This document shows positions 40,983-52,846 of a stretch of DNA of 64,000 nucleotides, piece by piece. The notes below the pieces were generated by a model that saw only the letters and a list, made by a program, of their open reading frames with translations, made no database searches and was not told the origin of the DNA. Each line of letters opens with the position of its first letter. Position 1 is the first letter of the stretch. Source of the stretch: Vairimorpha necatrix (taxonomy: Eukaryota); the NCBI GenBank assembly GCA_036630325.1, contig CP142726.1, forward strand, positions 434,001-498,000, written 5' to 3'. Made by a program: the position numbers and the translations under genes.

Positions 40983-43900
40983 GCGTAGAACATACAAATA
41001 TTTGAAAAAGACTTTAGAGGGGCTTAAAATAGAAAGTTGGATAATAAATTCATATCGTTTATTATGAATAGCCGAAAGATAGATATTCTTGTAGATAATA
41101 AGAAAATTATGTTATAAAAATGAAAAAGGAATTCTTCAAGAGCACAGTCTGTCGCCCCTACTTTTTGTACTGGCAATGAACCCGTTATCTAAAAAATTGA
41201 ATGCTACTTATCCTAAGGTAAGTATAAACATAGAGAAGACGGAGTCCTACTGTACAAACCACTTTCTTTTTATAGACGATTTAAAATTAGTAGCAGAAAA
41301 AGAAGAAACACTTGCAGTAATGATAGCAGAATAATGAAATTTTTTAAAGAAGTCGGACTAAAATGAATGAAAAGAATCTGCGATAAATTGCAAAATCAGC
41401 AGCACAAAAATATCTATTATAGGCCAGGATGATGAATTAAATACCTAGGAAATTAGAACCCGGATAAAACAAACCAAGTAATAGTACAATTGAACTTATA
41501 AAGGAAAAAATAATTCACGAGTAAGAATGATTTGCAGTACAAAACTTAACGCCAAAAACACCTTAAAGTCAATTAATGAATTTGGTATTTCACTTATAAA
41601 TTATTATGTCGTGGTACTAGATTTAGAACCGGAGATATTTGAGGAGATAGACTCTTTTATTAGAATATCATTGAACATACTTGAAGATCGACATATAAAA
41701 TTCATCACTATGGCTTAAAGTAGGTAACACGAATACCAGGACAGAAAGTAAGTTATGTGCCATACAAGACCGAAATATATTTAATGGATCGATTAAAACC
41801 TGCCCCATTGCAATAAATCAGCAAAGACCGTGGATCACCTAGCGACAAGGTGCGAAAAAATGCCAGGCACAATTATATGAGAAGGCACAATGAAATAGTA
41901 AAATGCATCCACCTACTACTGTGTGAAAAATATAAAGTGCAGTCTAAGAAGAGATTAAGAAACCACTCAGTACAACAGATAGTTGCCAACAAAGATGTAG
42001 AAATAAGAATAGAAACGACGATAAAAACGGACATAAAGATCAAATATAATAAACCTGATATTGTCGTAGTAGATAAAAAGAATAAATTGATCAGAATAAT
42101 TGAAATAGGTGTCACATCACAAGAAAATCTACAGCAAGTAGAAAACGACAAGTTAAGAAAGTATGATGTCCTTGAGAACAAATATGGCTTAAATATGGTT
42201 TTAAAACAGAAATAATTCCCTACGTAATCACTTGGGACGATATAATGACTAAATTCACAAATCATATACCACAAGACTTGGAATCTTTAAGAAGGTAGAT
42301 GCGTACATCCAGATGATCACGCTAAAGAAGACGCTAGAAAGCATTTCTCTGGACTGCCGAAACAAAGAAGACGAAGCCGATGTGACAAGGACTATGGAGC
42401 CACAAAGCTACCTACAAGCAGGAGACGCTAACGCGGAACCTACCCCCGATAAACTATAAAATTTAAACTACAATAAGCATGTCCTAATTAAATTCATTTA
42501 TGAAGTTTATTTCTAATTGATAACTACTTTAACAAACATAATAATACTAATCTAAACAAAAACTTCATTTGGCATTTTTTACTAAAATTATCTTAATCAT
42601 CTTTATTTTTCTTTCTTTATATACTTATAAAATCATTTTTTTGTTGTAAAAGTTCTACGTATTACTAGACGTAAAATTTAATGAGTTTAGAAAGATTTAG
42701 AAATGATATATTTATTTTAAATCGTCAAATTGTATTTTGTATTGACAATTCGTCATGAGAGGAATATATCAATTTAATTTAAATTTTCAGTTATAATTTC
42801 GCATTGAATGGGTTCTGCGATATATTTTATGATATATTTCGTAGGACCAAGATATACATCATATCATGAGACTTAAAAGCATCGGCATTAGAGTATATTT
42901 TTTTGTACTTACAAATTGGGATATGATACATGTGGATTCATTTCACCTTTAGATCATTTTTACTATAAGTCACATCATTATCGCATTAACAAACGTGATA
43001 AACTTTCTAATTTTATTCAACCCCATTTTTGTGGCTATAAAGTCAATGATGGCATTATATTTTTTATATTTCTACTTCTACTATATTACACCAATAATGT
43101 TACATGGTTTTTATTTTTTTCGTGTTTTAAAACACACCAATTTTATTACTTTATACTTATTGTGTAATTACGATTTAATCTAGTTGAGACGCTCAAATAG
43201 TTTTTTTTAAAGAGCATGTATTATATTTTTATACATATTTATTCAAAGTATCTTTTGTAAAACTTAAATCCAATATATCAATAAGACATTTTTTAAAATT
43301 TTTTAACACTTCCACAAATGAAAACGAAAACATATTACTCATAAAAATGTGTATAATAAGTATAAAATATTAAACCTAAACATTTAGAAGATACCTCATT
43401 ATTGTTTATAGGTTGGTGTGATTTAATTTTCATTTAAGTTTGCTTAAAATGTTATTTCTACTTTTTTAGAATCCATGATCTTTCCTTTTAAAATTCATCC
43501 AACATAGGTCGAAGTCCATATAAAAAAACACCGATGAACAAATCAAGTTGATAGCATTATAAAAAAAGAATGCATAAGCTAGTGTACTTTAAAAATATTC
43601 AGAAAAAAATTTAATCAAAAATTTAAACAATAATACTATCATAAAAAAAATCAGAAAGTAACAAATTGAAAATTTTCCAGGATATTTTAATTTTTTTAAA
43701 AGGATGCAAAGGTCTTATTGAAGATGATGAAGGTCGAGTTGTACAAAGGGAATTAAATTACTAGTAACAGGGGTGTCTTACACGATTATTGATTTAATAT
43801 GATAATTAATGACTACTTTATTCAAGAAAAACTTTATAATATGAGAAAATACATATATGTTTTATGCAAATAGATATTGGAAGTCCAACATAAGGTGTTC

Positions 43901-46900
43901 ATGTTTGTCTATACAATACAATGTAAATTGGCTCTGTTTCTGAAACAAATAATTTTTTAAAAATAATCAAATCGGCTCTGTATGACTGAAAAAATTTAGA
44001 TAGAAAAGATATTGCAGTAATTTTTATTTCTGAAAGATTTTTAACCAGAAACACATAAATCTGAACTCAAATAGGTTGTTTCAGCATCCTGTTTAATGCC
44101 TGTTACAAAAGGGCGTTTAGATAAACAACAATGTACATTCTGTCATTGTTTCTCACTTCTTCGTATTTCAATGTATTGATATGTTACTCAAAAGCCAAAT
44201 TTTTATACTATAATTATCGCCAATAAATAAATAATCCAGAAAAAAAAATTTAATTTATAATATAAAAATTCATGAGCCATAGTCTACGTATAATTGATGT
44301 ATCATAGGTGGAGATACGTCTCGATTAGGTTAAAGGTGTTCATAAAACTATTAGATTTATTGATATTTGAGTTTGCTTTGGCCTTCTTGCTCACCATGCC
44401 CTTTGGGGCTATTTCGCTATTTATAGTTTTACGTGTTTTTTGTAAACAAACAAACAGCAAGAAGTCTTAGAAAGACCATTCTTGGAATGCAATAAGTGTA
44501 ACATTACATAGAATTATAGTTTTTGTTAAGAATAGTAAACAAATAATGTGAGATCTATGTTTTGTTTGATCAGTACATCACAATAAATTAAAAAGAGCTT
44601 CGGATTTACACATTTTATATGGCGTATAATAATTTTGCATCCAAGAAATTAATTATAGTTTAAAATGAAGTATTAGATTTTTTACGATAATAAAGACCTA
44701 AAAACATTTTGGATTGGTTTTAATCTAAATGAAAATAGAATCAGATTCTGCTAATGTTTTATTAGAAATCAAAACTCAGTTGTAAGTTCTGTATCTCATA
44801 CATTGCGACAAAAAGATTAACGATACAATGATTTCTTTAAATATTGAAACCATATTTAGTAGTCATTGTTTGTGGTAAAAATAAATAAAGCTTATAGAAA
44901 ACGTATGAACTGTAAAATACGTAATATGTTATTGTTCAAACACCACAGTATATATGCTTTTGAACTAGAGCTAGAAGACTGCACTGAGACATGATACAGA
45001 CAAAATACATACAATGAATTTGGAACCTAGAGAAAATTTAGATAATAAAGTACGGAAGAAGAAATAAGCCATGAGACAATTCTCAATTGTATATTTTTTT
45101 TATTTCACTAATCTAATGCAGAATTATTTTCATATTTTTAATTTAAAATCGGAATCTATTTATTTTATATTAATACGACTGTTTTTGATAAAAAAATTTT
45201 CTTTATTAAATCAAGAGCCTATTTCTAAAAAATTATTGTTTTCTTTTTTTAGACATTAAAATGCATTTTGTTAATATTTTCTAATTTTTTGTTGGAGACA
45301 ATATATCCCGAGAGACACAAAGACGTTTTACAAATTCAGAAACATAATCTTATAAATTTAAATTGAAGTTTTCACTAAACGGGGGTTACTTGTAAATATT
45401 GTTAATTACAGTCAAATTAAATAGATCCACGAGAGTTAAAATAATTTAATGTTGTTCTTGAGTTTTTAAATAGTTTTAAAACATATATATCAATGAGAAA
45501 CTCAATATTTTAGGAATATATGTTTTTTTATAATTTCAAGCTATAGTATCCGATCAAATATTGACGAAACATATTTTTACAAGTAGAGATTTGTTTGCCT
45601 GCATAAATCATTAAAAACATTTATAAAGAAAAGATGAAATATTACTTTAAAAAATTTACAATTCTTGTAACAGCTACATCGATCTCCCATGTTAATATAC
45701 AGTTACAACTCCTTCTCTAACTAAAGTTATATGTGTGAATGTCTAAAAATTACCCCTCAAAAAAAAATATTAATCTTTTTGTCGCGGCCAAATAAGGGGC
45801 CTGGTCATGATGTTATGTTGCTTTATTTTTTTCTATGTGTTTCATCGTTTTATATATTAATTTTGTGGCTCAATGTTTATATTTAAGAAAATCCACTACT
45901 TTTGTTTGTATTTATCAAAAGCTAACAAAATAAACCTGTATAACTTTATATTTTTGTAGGTCTACTGTCATGTCATAATGACATATCACATAAAATAAAT
46001 CTGTCAAACATCTTATCACTGACCGGCAAAAGTCAATAAAAAAACTTTAGGAATATATTTATAATGTAAAATACAAACAATAAGTATTCTTGTTAAAACA
46101 TACATTAAAAATAAAAAAAGAAGTGCATGTAATCAAATAGGAACAAGGCCAATGAAGCTATCAGTAAGTGAAGAAATAAAAATATATTTTAAGAGCATAT
46201 GTACTTTATACTACATAAATTAATATACAATTATACATGATGCATTTATTTGTATTATACAACACAAACTAACCATGGAAAAGTTTATATAATATTTTTA
46301 TTATGTATAAGTCGACGTCAATTTGGCATCTATCATTATATAGTGTGGTATCCACCACTGAGGAAAGTATGTAAAATGTTTTTATTGTTAATTTTAAATT
46401 TTCTTTCCATTACTCCGTACCCCTCTCCGGATAAAATGATTAAATAAATGTTGGAGGGAAAACTGGAAGAATTTGGCGGGAAATATTTCTAAACCATTTT
46501 TATGATATTTGGGATATCATATATAGATGTCAAGTTTCTTGTTTATTTGTTTAAGTCAACAAATAAACAAAACAAATGTGTATTAGACAATATAATTTTA
46601 TATATGAGAATTAGATATTAAATCATTTAATTATCAGAATTATCATGATTTAAGATAAATTGTCAGTATAAGTTGTGTTATGTATAATACTGCAGTATCA
46701 TGTAGATTCAACTCTTTATAAAGCACCATTTAATATCTATGTTTTTTTATACAATATTTACACAATTATAAATGTTGCTAATCTCAGATCACAATTTTGA
46801 TCAGTGAATCAGTGATTAATCAATCATTTGCTGATTTATTAAAATAATTTTTTACCCTTGTAAAATTTTATTTCATCCAATCTGATATTATATCATTTAT

Positions 46901-47027
46901 TAAGTATTTTTAAACAATTATAGTTTTCATATTTTATATTATAAGAATTTGTATTAAGAAATATATTTATTTCTAATATTTTCATAAATACTGATTAAAA
47001 TCAAATATATTGATTTTTAATACACAA

Positions 47028-48274
47028 CACCAGGTTGATTCTGCCTGACGTAGACGCTATTCCCTAAGATTAACCCATGCATGTTTTTGATATGGAAAAA
47101 TGGACTGCTCAGTAATACTCACTTTATTTAATGTATTAAATTAGTATAACTGCGTTAAAGTGTAGCATAAGACATATACAGTAAGAGTGAGACCTATCAG
47201 CTAGTTGTTAAGGTAATGGCTTAACAAGGCAATGACGGGTAACGGTATTACTTTGTAATATTCCGGAGAAGGAGCCTGAGAGACGGCTACTAAGTCTAAG
47301 GATTGCAGCAGGGGCGAAACTTGACCTATGGATTTTATCTGAGGCAGTTATGGGAAGTAATATTCTATTGTTTCATATTGTAAAAGTATATGAGGTGATT
47401 AATTGGAGGGCAAATCAAGTGCCAGCAGCCGCGGTAATACTTGTTCCAAGAGTGTGTATGATGATTGATGCAGTTAAAAAGTCCGTAGTTTATATTTAAG
47501 AAGCAATATGAGGTGTACTGTATAGTTGGGAGAGAGATGAAATGTGACGACCCTGACTGGACGAACAGAAGCGAAAGCTGTACACTTGTATGTATTTTTT
47601 GAACAAGGACGTAAGCTGGAGGAGCGAAGATGATTAGATACCATTGTAGTTCCAGCAGTAAACTATGCCGACGATGTGATATGATATTAATTGTATTAGA
47701 TGATAGAAATTTGAGTTTATTGGCTCTGGGGATAGTATGATCGCAAGATTGAAAATTAAAGAAATTGACGGAAGAATACCACAAGGAGTGGATTGTGCGG
47801 CTTAATTTGACTCAACGCGAGGTAACTTACCAATATTTTATTATTCAGAGAAGATTTATAATCTGAGAATGATAATAGTGGTGCATGGCCGTTTTCAATG
47901 GATGCTGTGAAGTTTTGATTAATTTCAACAAGACGTGAGACCCTTTTATTAATAGACAGACACAATCAGTGTAGGAAGGAAAGGATTAAAACAGGTCCGT
48001 TATGCCCTCAGACATTTTGGGCTGCACGCGCAATACAATAGATATATAATCTTTATGGGATAATATTTTGTAAGAGATATTTGAACTTGGAATTGCTAGT
48101 AAATTTTATTAAATAAGTAGAATTGAATGTGTCCCTGTTCTTTGTACACACCGCCCGTCGCTATCTAAGATGATATGTGTTGTGAAATTAGTGAAAACTA
48201 CTTGAACAATATGTATTAGATCTGATATAAGTCGTAACATGGTTGCTGTTGGAGAACCATTAGCAGGATCATAA
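47028..48274 (+). rRNA. Microsporidian SSU (16S-like) rRNA
   Basis: Starts CACCAGGTTGATTCTGCC; contains GTGCCAGCAGCCGCGGTAA, TGTACACACCGCCCGTC and AAGTCGTAAC; ends GGATCATAA. Reduced ~1.25-kb size typical of Vairimorpha/Nosema. Confidence 0.99.
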
Positions 48275-48310
48275 TAAGTTAAATTTAAATTAATTTTAAT
48301 TATTAAATTT
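48275..48310 (+). other. Very short AT-rich ITS
   Basis: ~36 nt between the SSU end and the ACCCACACATGGGATC start of the LSU. Confidence 0.8.
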
Positions 48311-49904
48311 ACCCACACATGGGATCAATAGGATACCATAACGATGAAGGTCGTAATAGAATACGAAAGTATATTATTTACCTAATTAATATATTTATAA
48401 TGTATTGATAACCCTTTGAACTTAAGCATATCATTAAAAGGAGGAAAAGAAACTAACTAGGATTTCTTTAGTAGCAGCGAGTGAACAAGAAATAACCCTC
48501 CATTGTAATCCTTAATTGGAGTTGTAAATGGTTTATTCTATTAATTATATTTATAGAGAATATTAAATTCGTTATTAATAGAATAGAATAATGTACTTGA
48601 GTAGAGCTGCTTGGTAGTGCAGTTTGAATAAAGGTAGAATGAAATATCTAAGGTTAAATATAATGGTATACCGATAGAAAATAAGTACTGCGAAGGAACT
48701 TGTGAAAATGTGTGGAGTTTAGCCTTATTTTTAAGGACCCGTCTTGAAACACGGACCAAGGAGATTATAATTATAGCAAGATAAAAATTAAATTTTTTAA
48801 TCTTTATTAACTTGATTAGTTATAATTATAAGACCCGAAACACAGTGAACTATACATGTTCTGGTTGAAGATAAGCAACAGTTTATTGGAAGACCATAAT
48901 CATTCTGACGTGCAAATCGATGATTTAAGATGTGTATAGTGGCGAAAGACCAATCGAACTGTGTGGTAGCTGGTTCACAGCGAAATGTCTCTCAGGACAG
49001 CAGTTATTATTATATAGGACATAGATGTAGGACACTGTTATAGTTTTTTAACTATGAGAAATCTTTAATTCTATGGAATTATATAAATTAAATTTATATA
49101 ATGAATCTATTGGGTAACTAGTGGGCACATGATTGTAAGAATGATGTGCAAAAAGGGATGAACCTTATGAAACATTAAATATTCTAAATAGTAGATATTA
49201 TACCATAAATATGATGAATACATTGAGACAGTAGGGCGGTTGTTATGGAAGTAGAAATCCGCTAAGAAACGTGTTACAACGTACCTACCGAATGTATTAT
49301 TGTATAAAATGGAAGAAGATTACTACTTTTATGAGATGTTTCTAATAAATATTTAGGTAGCTGTGCAATTTGTTTGTATTGAAGTATATATGTGAGTATA
49401 TATAGAAGAAACAAATGAGCCGATCTTGGAGGCAGTAACAATATATTTGTATAGATATAGACTAGGGTTTTCAATTATTATTGAAGTGAATCGGTGTTAT
49501 TTATAAAAACAAAAAAGATTAATAATTCTTTATTAAATTATTATAAGGTAACTTGATAATGACAGTATATTTCAATAAATTTAAGATAAATGAATTAAAT
49601 TTAATTTTAACTATGGATTGTCATGATAAGAAATAGTTAGTTATATATACTTGATAAAAATAAAATAATTTTAACCGTACCTATACCGCATCAGGTGTCT
49701 TTGTATCATAACAAATATTTTAAATTAAAGTAAGTAAGGGAATTCGGCAAATTAGATCTGTAACTTTGGGATAAAGATTGGCTCTAGCATGCTAGAACTT
49801 TTACTATGTAAGGAATCTGACTGTTTATTAAAAACATAGCTTTTTGTATTTACAAGAAGTGAATTCTGCCCAGTGCATTTATTGTTAAAGTTGTGTAAGC
49901 GAAT

Positions 49905-49957
<53 letters not shown>

Positions 49958-50056
49958 TTAATTGGTGACGCGCATGAATGGAGCAACGAGATTCCTACTG
50001 TCCCTACTTACAATTTTGTGAAACCACGAGACAAGGGAACGGGCTTGTTATTTATC

Positions 50057-50088
<32 letters not shown>

Positions 50089-50523
50089 TTAGTATGTTTT
50101 AATAAATATTCGGTATATTGTAGAGAGGTGGGAGAAGTATTGTGAAACCACTAGTATGTTTGAACATTTATTTATTAGAATATATGGGGAGTTTGGCTGG
50201 GGCGGTACAGCTGTTAAAAAGTAACACAGCTGTCCTAAGGTAGATGAATGATGGATGGTAACCATCAGTTTATTATAAGGGAATAAATCTGCTTTACTTT
50301 ATGCATATGACTGTATTTAGTAGGGAAACCTTGGCCTAGCGATCCCAATTACATTCATTATGTATTGGGTGATTGAAAAGTTACCACAGGGATAACTGGC
50401 TTGTAGCAGGCAAGCGATCATAGCGACTCTGCTTTTTGATTCTTCGATGTCGTCTCTTCTGATCATCGTAGTGTATATGTTACGAAGTGTTGGATTGTTC
50501 ACCCGGTAATGAGGAACGTGAGA

Positions 50524-50565
<42 letters not shown>

Positions 50566-50790
50566 TAAGTATTTTTGAGTGAACTTTGATAGTACGAGAG
50601 GAACTCTAAGTGATGACCACTGGTAGTGCGATTAACTATTAAGTTATGTTGCTTAGCTACGTCGTTTCGATTAAGGCTGAAAGCCTCTTAAGCCTGAAGC
50701 GTAGCTCAAAGATACCATTTAGGAGAATACTACTCTTTTAAGCAGAACTGTAAGAATGAAGGTGTATGCCGACATTTTGAGGTTACTGCT
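48311..50790 (+). rRNA. LSU rRNA with fused 5.8S
   Basis: 5.8S-like CGATGAAG near the start with no ITS2; GACCCGTCTTGAAACACGGACC; GACTCTCTTAAGGTAGCCAAATGCC; sarcin-ricin loop AGTACGAGAGGAAC at 50591. 3' end approximate. Confidence 0.97.
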
Positions 50791-50858
50791 TTTTTTGTAT
50801 GTATAGTAGGTGTTGGCCTTCACAAGAGAGCGTATTTTTTTTTATTTTATTTGGTACT

Positions 50859-50927
50859 ACCCTCCACAAGAAAGCGTCCACGTCGCGGAGAGTGGGACCG
50901 ATGTTTTTTAACTAGGTGCAGATCTCT
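50859..50927 (+). ncRNA. Putative HDV-like self-cleaving ribozyme
   Basis: Manual fold. P1 ACCCTCC (50859-65)/GGAGAGT (50887-93), 1 mismatch. P2 AGAAA (50869-73)/TCTCT (50923-27), 1 mismatch. P3 GCG/CGC with L3 TCCACGT. P1.1 CC/GG (50894-95). P4 closed by ACC/GGT. J4/2 GCAGA with candidate catalytic C50919. Confidence 0.7.
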
Positions 50928-51046
50928 AAGTCATACCAACCTTCGGCTGCTGGTTGGTAAGTAGGGTCAGCTATACTCTAGGGGTGGGAGACCCATTGCT
51001 GGTGAGAAGAACACCGTTAACTTTCGAGTAATTCTTCATATTTTAA

Positions 51047-51131
51047 ACCTGGGAGAGGTTGGGCATGATACTGAAGCTGTATTGTTCCGCTGAACTGAGT
51101 CGTGTTCTTAAATGATGTATTGAACCAGGCG
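51047..51131 (+). repeat. 85-nt CCTGG..CCAGG element, repeated at 56619-56703 and 61624-61708
   Basis: Three copies; the first differs from the others at 4 positions. Terminal CCTGG/CCAGG are complementary; each copy is followed by a T-run. Confidence 0.92.
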
Positions 51132-51172
51132 TTTTATTTTTATTTTTTTTTTTTAATATGTAGTCAGAGAAT

Positions 51173-52846
51173 ATGAAGGGTGAGACAAAACAAACCAGGA
51201 GCGAGCTCAGTAGAGCAAAAAGTGACCACTTTGGTAGTCCAAACAACAATTTAGATACAGAAATGTATTTAAAACAACAAACTAAGCATGTTTATGCTAA
51301 TAAAAGTTTCCCAAGTGTTACTTTCAAAAATGATGGAGAAATGAAATATTTTCTCAAGAAAATCAAAATTCTCTCAGAAAGAATTAATAAAAATGATATT
51401 TTTGACACGTCAAAAAAAGAAAATAACAAAGATCTTATTGATCTTAAAAGATACATATCTAGCACAACTGAATTAGTATTTATTCAGCAGACATATTTGG
51501 AGCTCTTCCATGACAAGCTAGAAAAACAAAATATCAAATTAAAAAATTTGATTAAAAATAATCTGATGGATGACAGTAATCAAATTACCGAATCATCCAA
51601 AAATAAAATCGAGATAATGATTGAGAATCACTCAAAAGAATGTGTAGAACAAAAGGATAATAACTCCGATGTTCCAAATGATACCAGTAGCGAAACCCTT
51701 CAGTTAGCTACTGGAAACAATGATATTTCTAAATTAGAAATCATAAATGAAGATGTTTTAATTAATGTCAAAAATATCGTGTCTGCTGTCAAAGTAGAAG
51801 AAGAAGATCGATTGTCAGATGATGGCAAAAGAAAATGTATAGGTGTCTCAAATGCGTCTACAAATATTATAATTAATAAAAATATTAAAACAAAAGATGT
51901 TAAGCTAGACTTAGCTTTCATTAATAAAAAAGCAGTAGTTAGACATCTGTCAACTATCTCTGCTATTATAGCTGGTAAAAGAAAAGCTCCTAAGAATGGA
52001 GTCAAGCTTTTCCATATAAACGAAGACGGATGGACATCTGTCAAACACACATTCAAGCCTAAAGTCCAGATAGACTTGAAGAAAAACAGAAGTGGTAAAA
52101 CCACAGATAAAACCAACTTTAATAGATTTAAATCACTTAAAGTAGAAACTAGTGGCAATGTAAAAGTGCCCAAAAAGATTAATCATGAAGCTGTAAAGAG
52201 AAAGAATATCATTCCTAAAAAAGATCATGAAAAGGAAAGATTACAAAATCAGAGAATAAATTTTACAAAAAAAACGAAGGACAGAAAAAATGAGAAATGT
52301 CAACAAAAAAGAGTTCCAGTTTTACCAAAGAAAAACTGGGCCAAAGAGCTATCTGAAGAAGCTCTTATGAAAATTATTAAGGATGGTAGAATTATTTCCA
52401 AGTGTAAGTTTAGGATAGCTCTTGTGTCTGGACTCGGATTGAAAGGGAAACCTCAATCTAGAGACGCTTGGGCAGCCTTAGCTGATGTGGAAAATAAAGA
52501 TATACCACTTATAAAACAATTTAAAGATTCGGAAGTAGTACTTCTGATGATTAGAGAACACGTGGGCCAAAAGGTACTAAGCAAAATTAAAGAAAAGTTC
52601 GGAGGTTCTAATATCTGCGATGAAGTTAATTTCTTCACCGACTTTATGTCTTTAACAAAAACAACTGTTCTAGGAGAGCTGCAAAGACTCTCTGGAACGC
52701 ATAAAAATTTTGTACCGCTTGTAAAAGCATGTTGGTACATAACTAAAGAATTAAATAAAGAAAACCCAAACCATGGTTCTTTCATTATTTTAGAAAATAT
52801 GATGGGTGAGCCTGCCCGAGAATCTAAGGACTTTAACAATGAATAA
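51173..52846 (+). CDS. LINE ORF1 protein, Lys/Asn-rich, no motif recognised
   Basis: 557-aa ORF directly upstream of ORF2; homologous sequence is repeated in copy 2. Confidence 0.8.
   Translation: MKGETKQTRSELSRAKSDHFGSPNNNLDTEMYLKQQTKHVYANKSFPSVTFKNDGEMKYFLKKIKILSERINKNDIFDTSKKENNKDLIDLKRYISSTTELVFIQQTYLELFHDKLEKQNIKLKNLIKNNLMDDSNQITESSKNKIEIMIENHSKECVEQKDNNSDVPNDTSSETLQLATGNNDISKLEIINEDVLINVKNIVSAVKVEEEDRLSDDGKRKCIGVSNASTNIIINKNIKTKDVKLDLAFINKKAVVRHLSTISAIIAGKRKAPKNGVKLFHINEDGWTSVKHTFKPKVQIDLKKNRSGKTTDKTNFNRFKSLKVETSGNVKVPKKINHEAVKRKNIIPKKDHEKERLQNQRINFTKKTKDRKNEKCQQKRVPVLPKKNWAKELSEEALMKIIKDGRIISKCKFRIALVSGLGLKGKPQSRDAWAALADVENKDIPLIKQFKDSEVVLLMIREHVGQKVLSKIKEKFGGSNICDEVNFFTDFMSLTKTTVLGELQRLSGTHKNFVPLVKACWYITKELNKENPNHGSFIILENMMGEPARESKDFNNE

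Larger units (their letters stand above)
35050..42480 (+). mobile_element. Degenerate R4/Dong-like non-LTR retrotransposon interrupted by two nested insertions
   Basis: Segments 35050-35464, 37708-38256 and 40983-42480. GILQEHSLSPLLFVLAMNPLS, NHFLFIDDLKL, RHNEIVKCIH, KPDIVVVD..IIEIGV, KLRKYD (RT plus PD-(D/E)xK REL nuclease). 5' boundary approximate. Confidence 0.75.

Noticed and set aside
49930-50010. R1/R2/R4 insertion or intron in LSU
   Set aside because: The target region TTAAGGTAGCCAAA..TGTCCCTACT is uninterrupted.
47365-50502. Minus-strand ORFs over rDNA, and antisense ORFs over TE genes elsewhere
   Set aside because: Shadow ORFs of rRNA or of opposite-strand coding sequence; no protein motifs.
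50910-51020. 5S rRNA (CATACC and GGGTGGGAGACC look-alikes)
   Set aside because: Spacing and helices do not fit 5S; no convincing 5S gene was found in the window.
51047-51131. U1 snRNA or C/D snoRNA identity for the 85-nt repeat
   Set aside because: ACCTGG and TGAT/CTGA words are present, but there is no ACTTACCTG 5' end, clear Sm site or properly placed C/D boxes.
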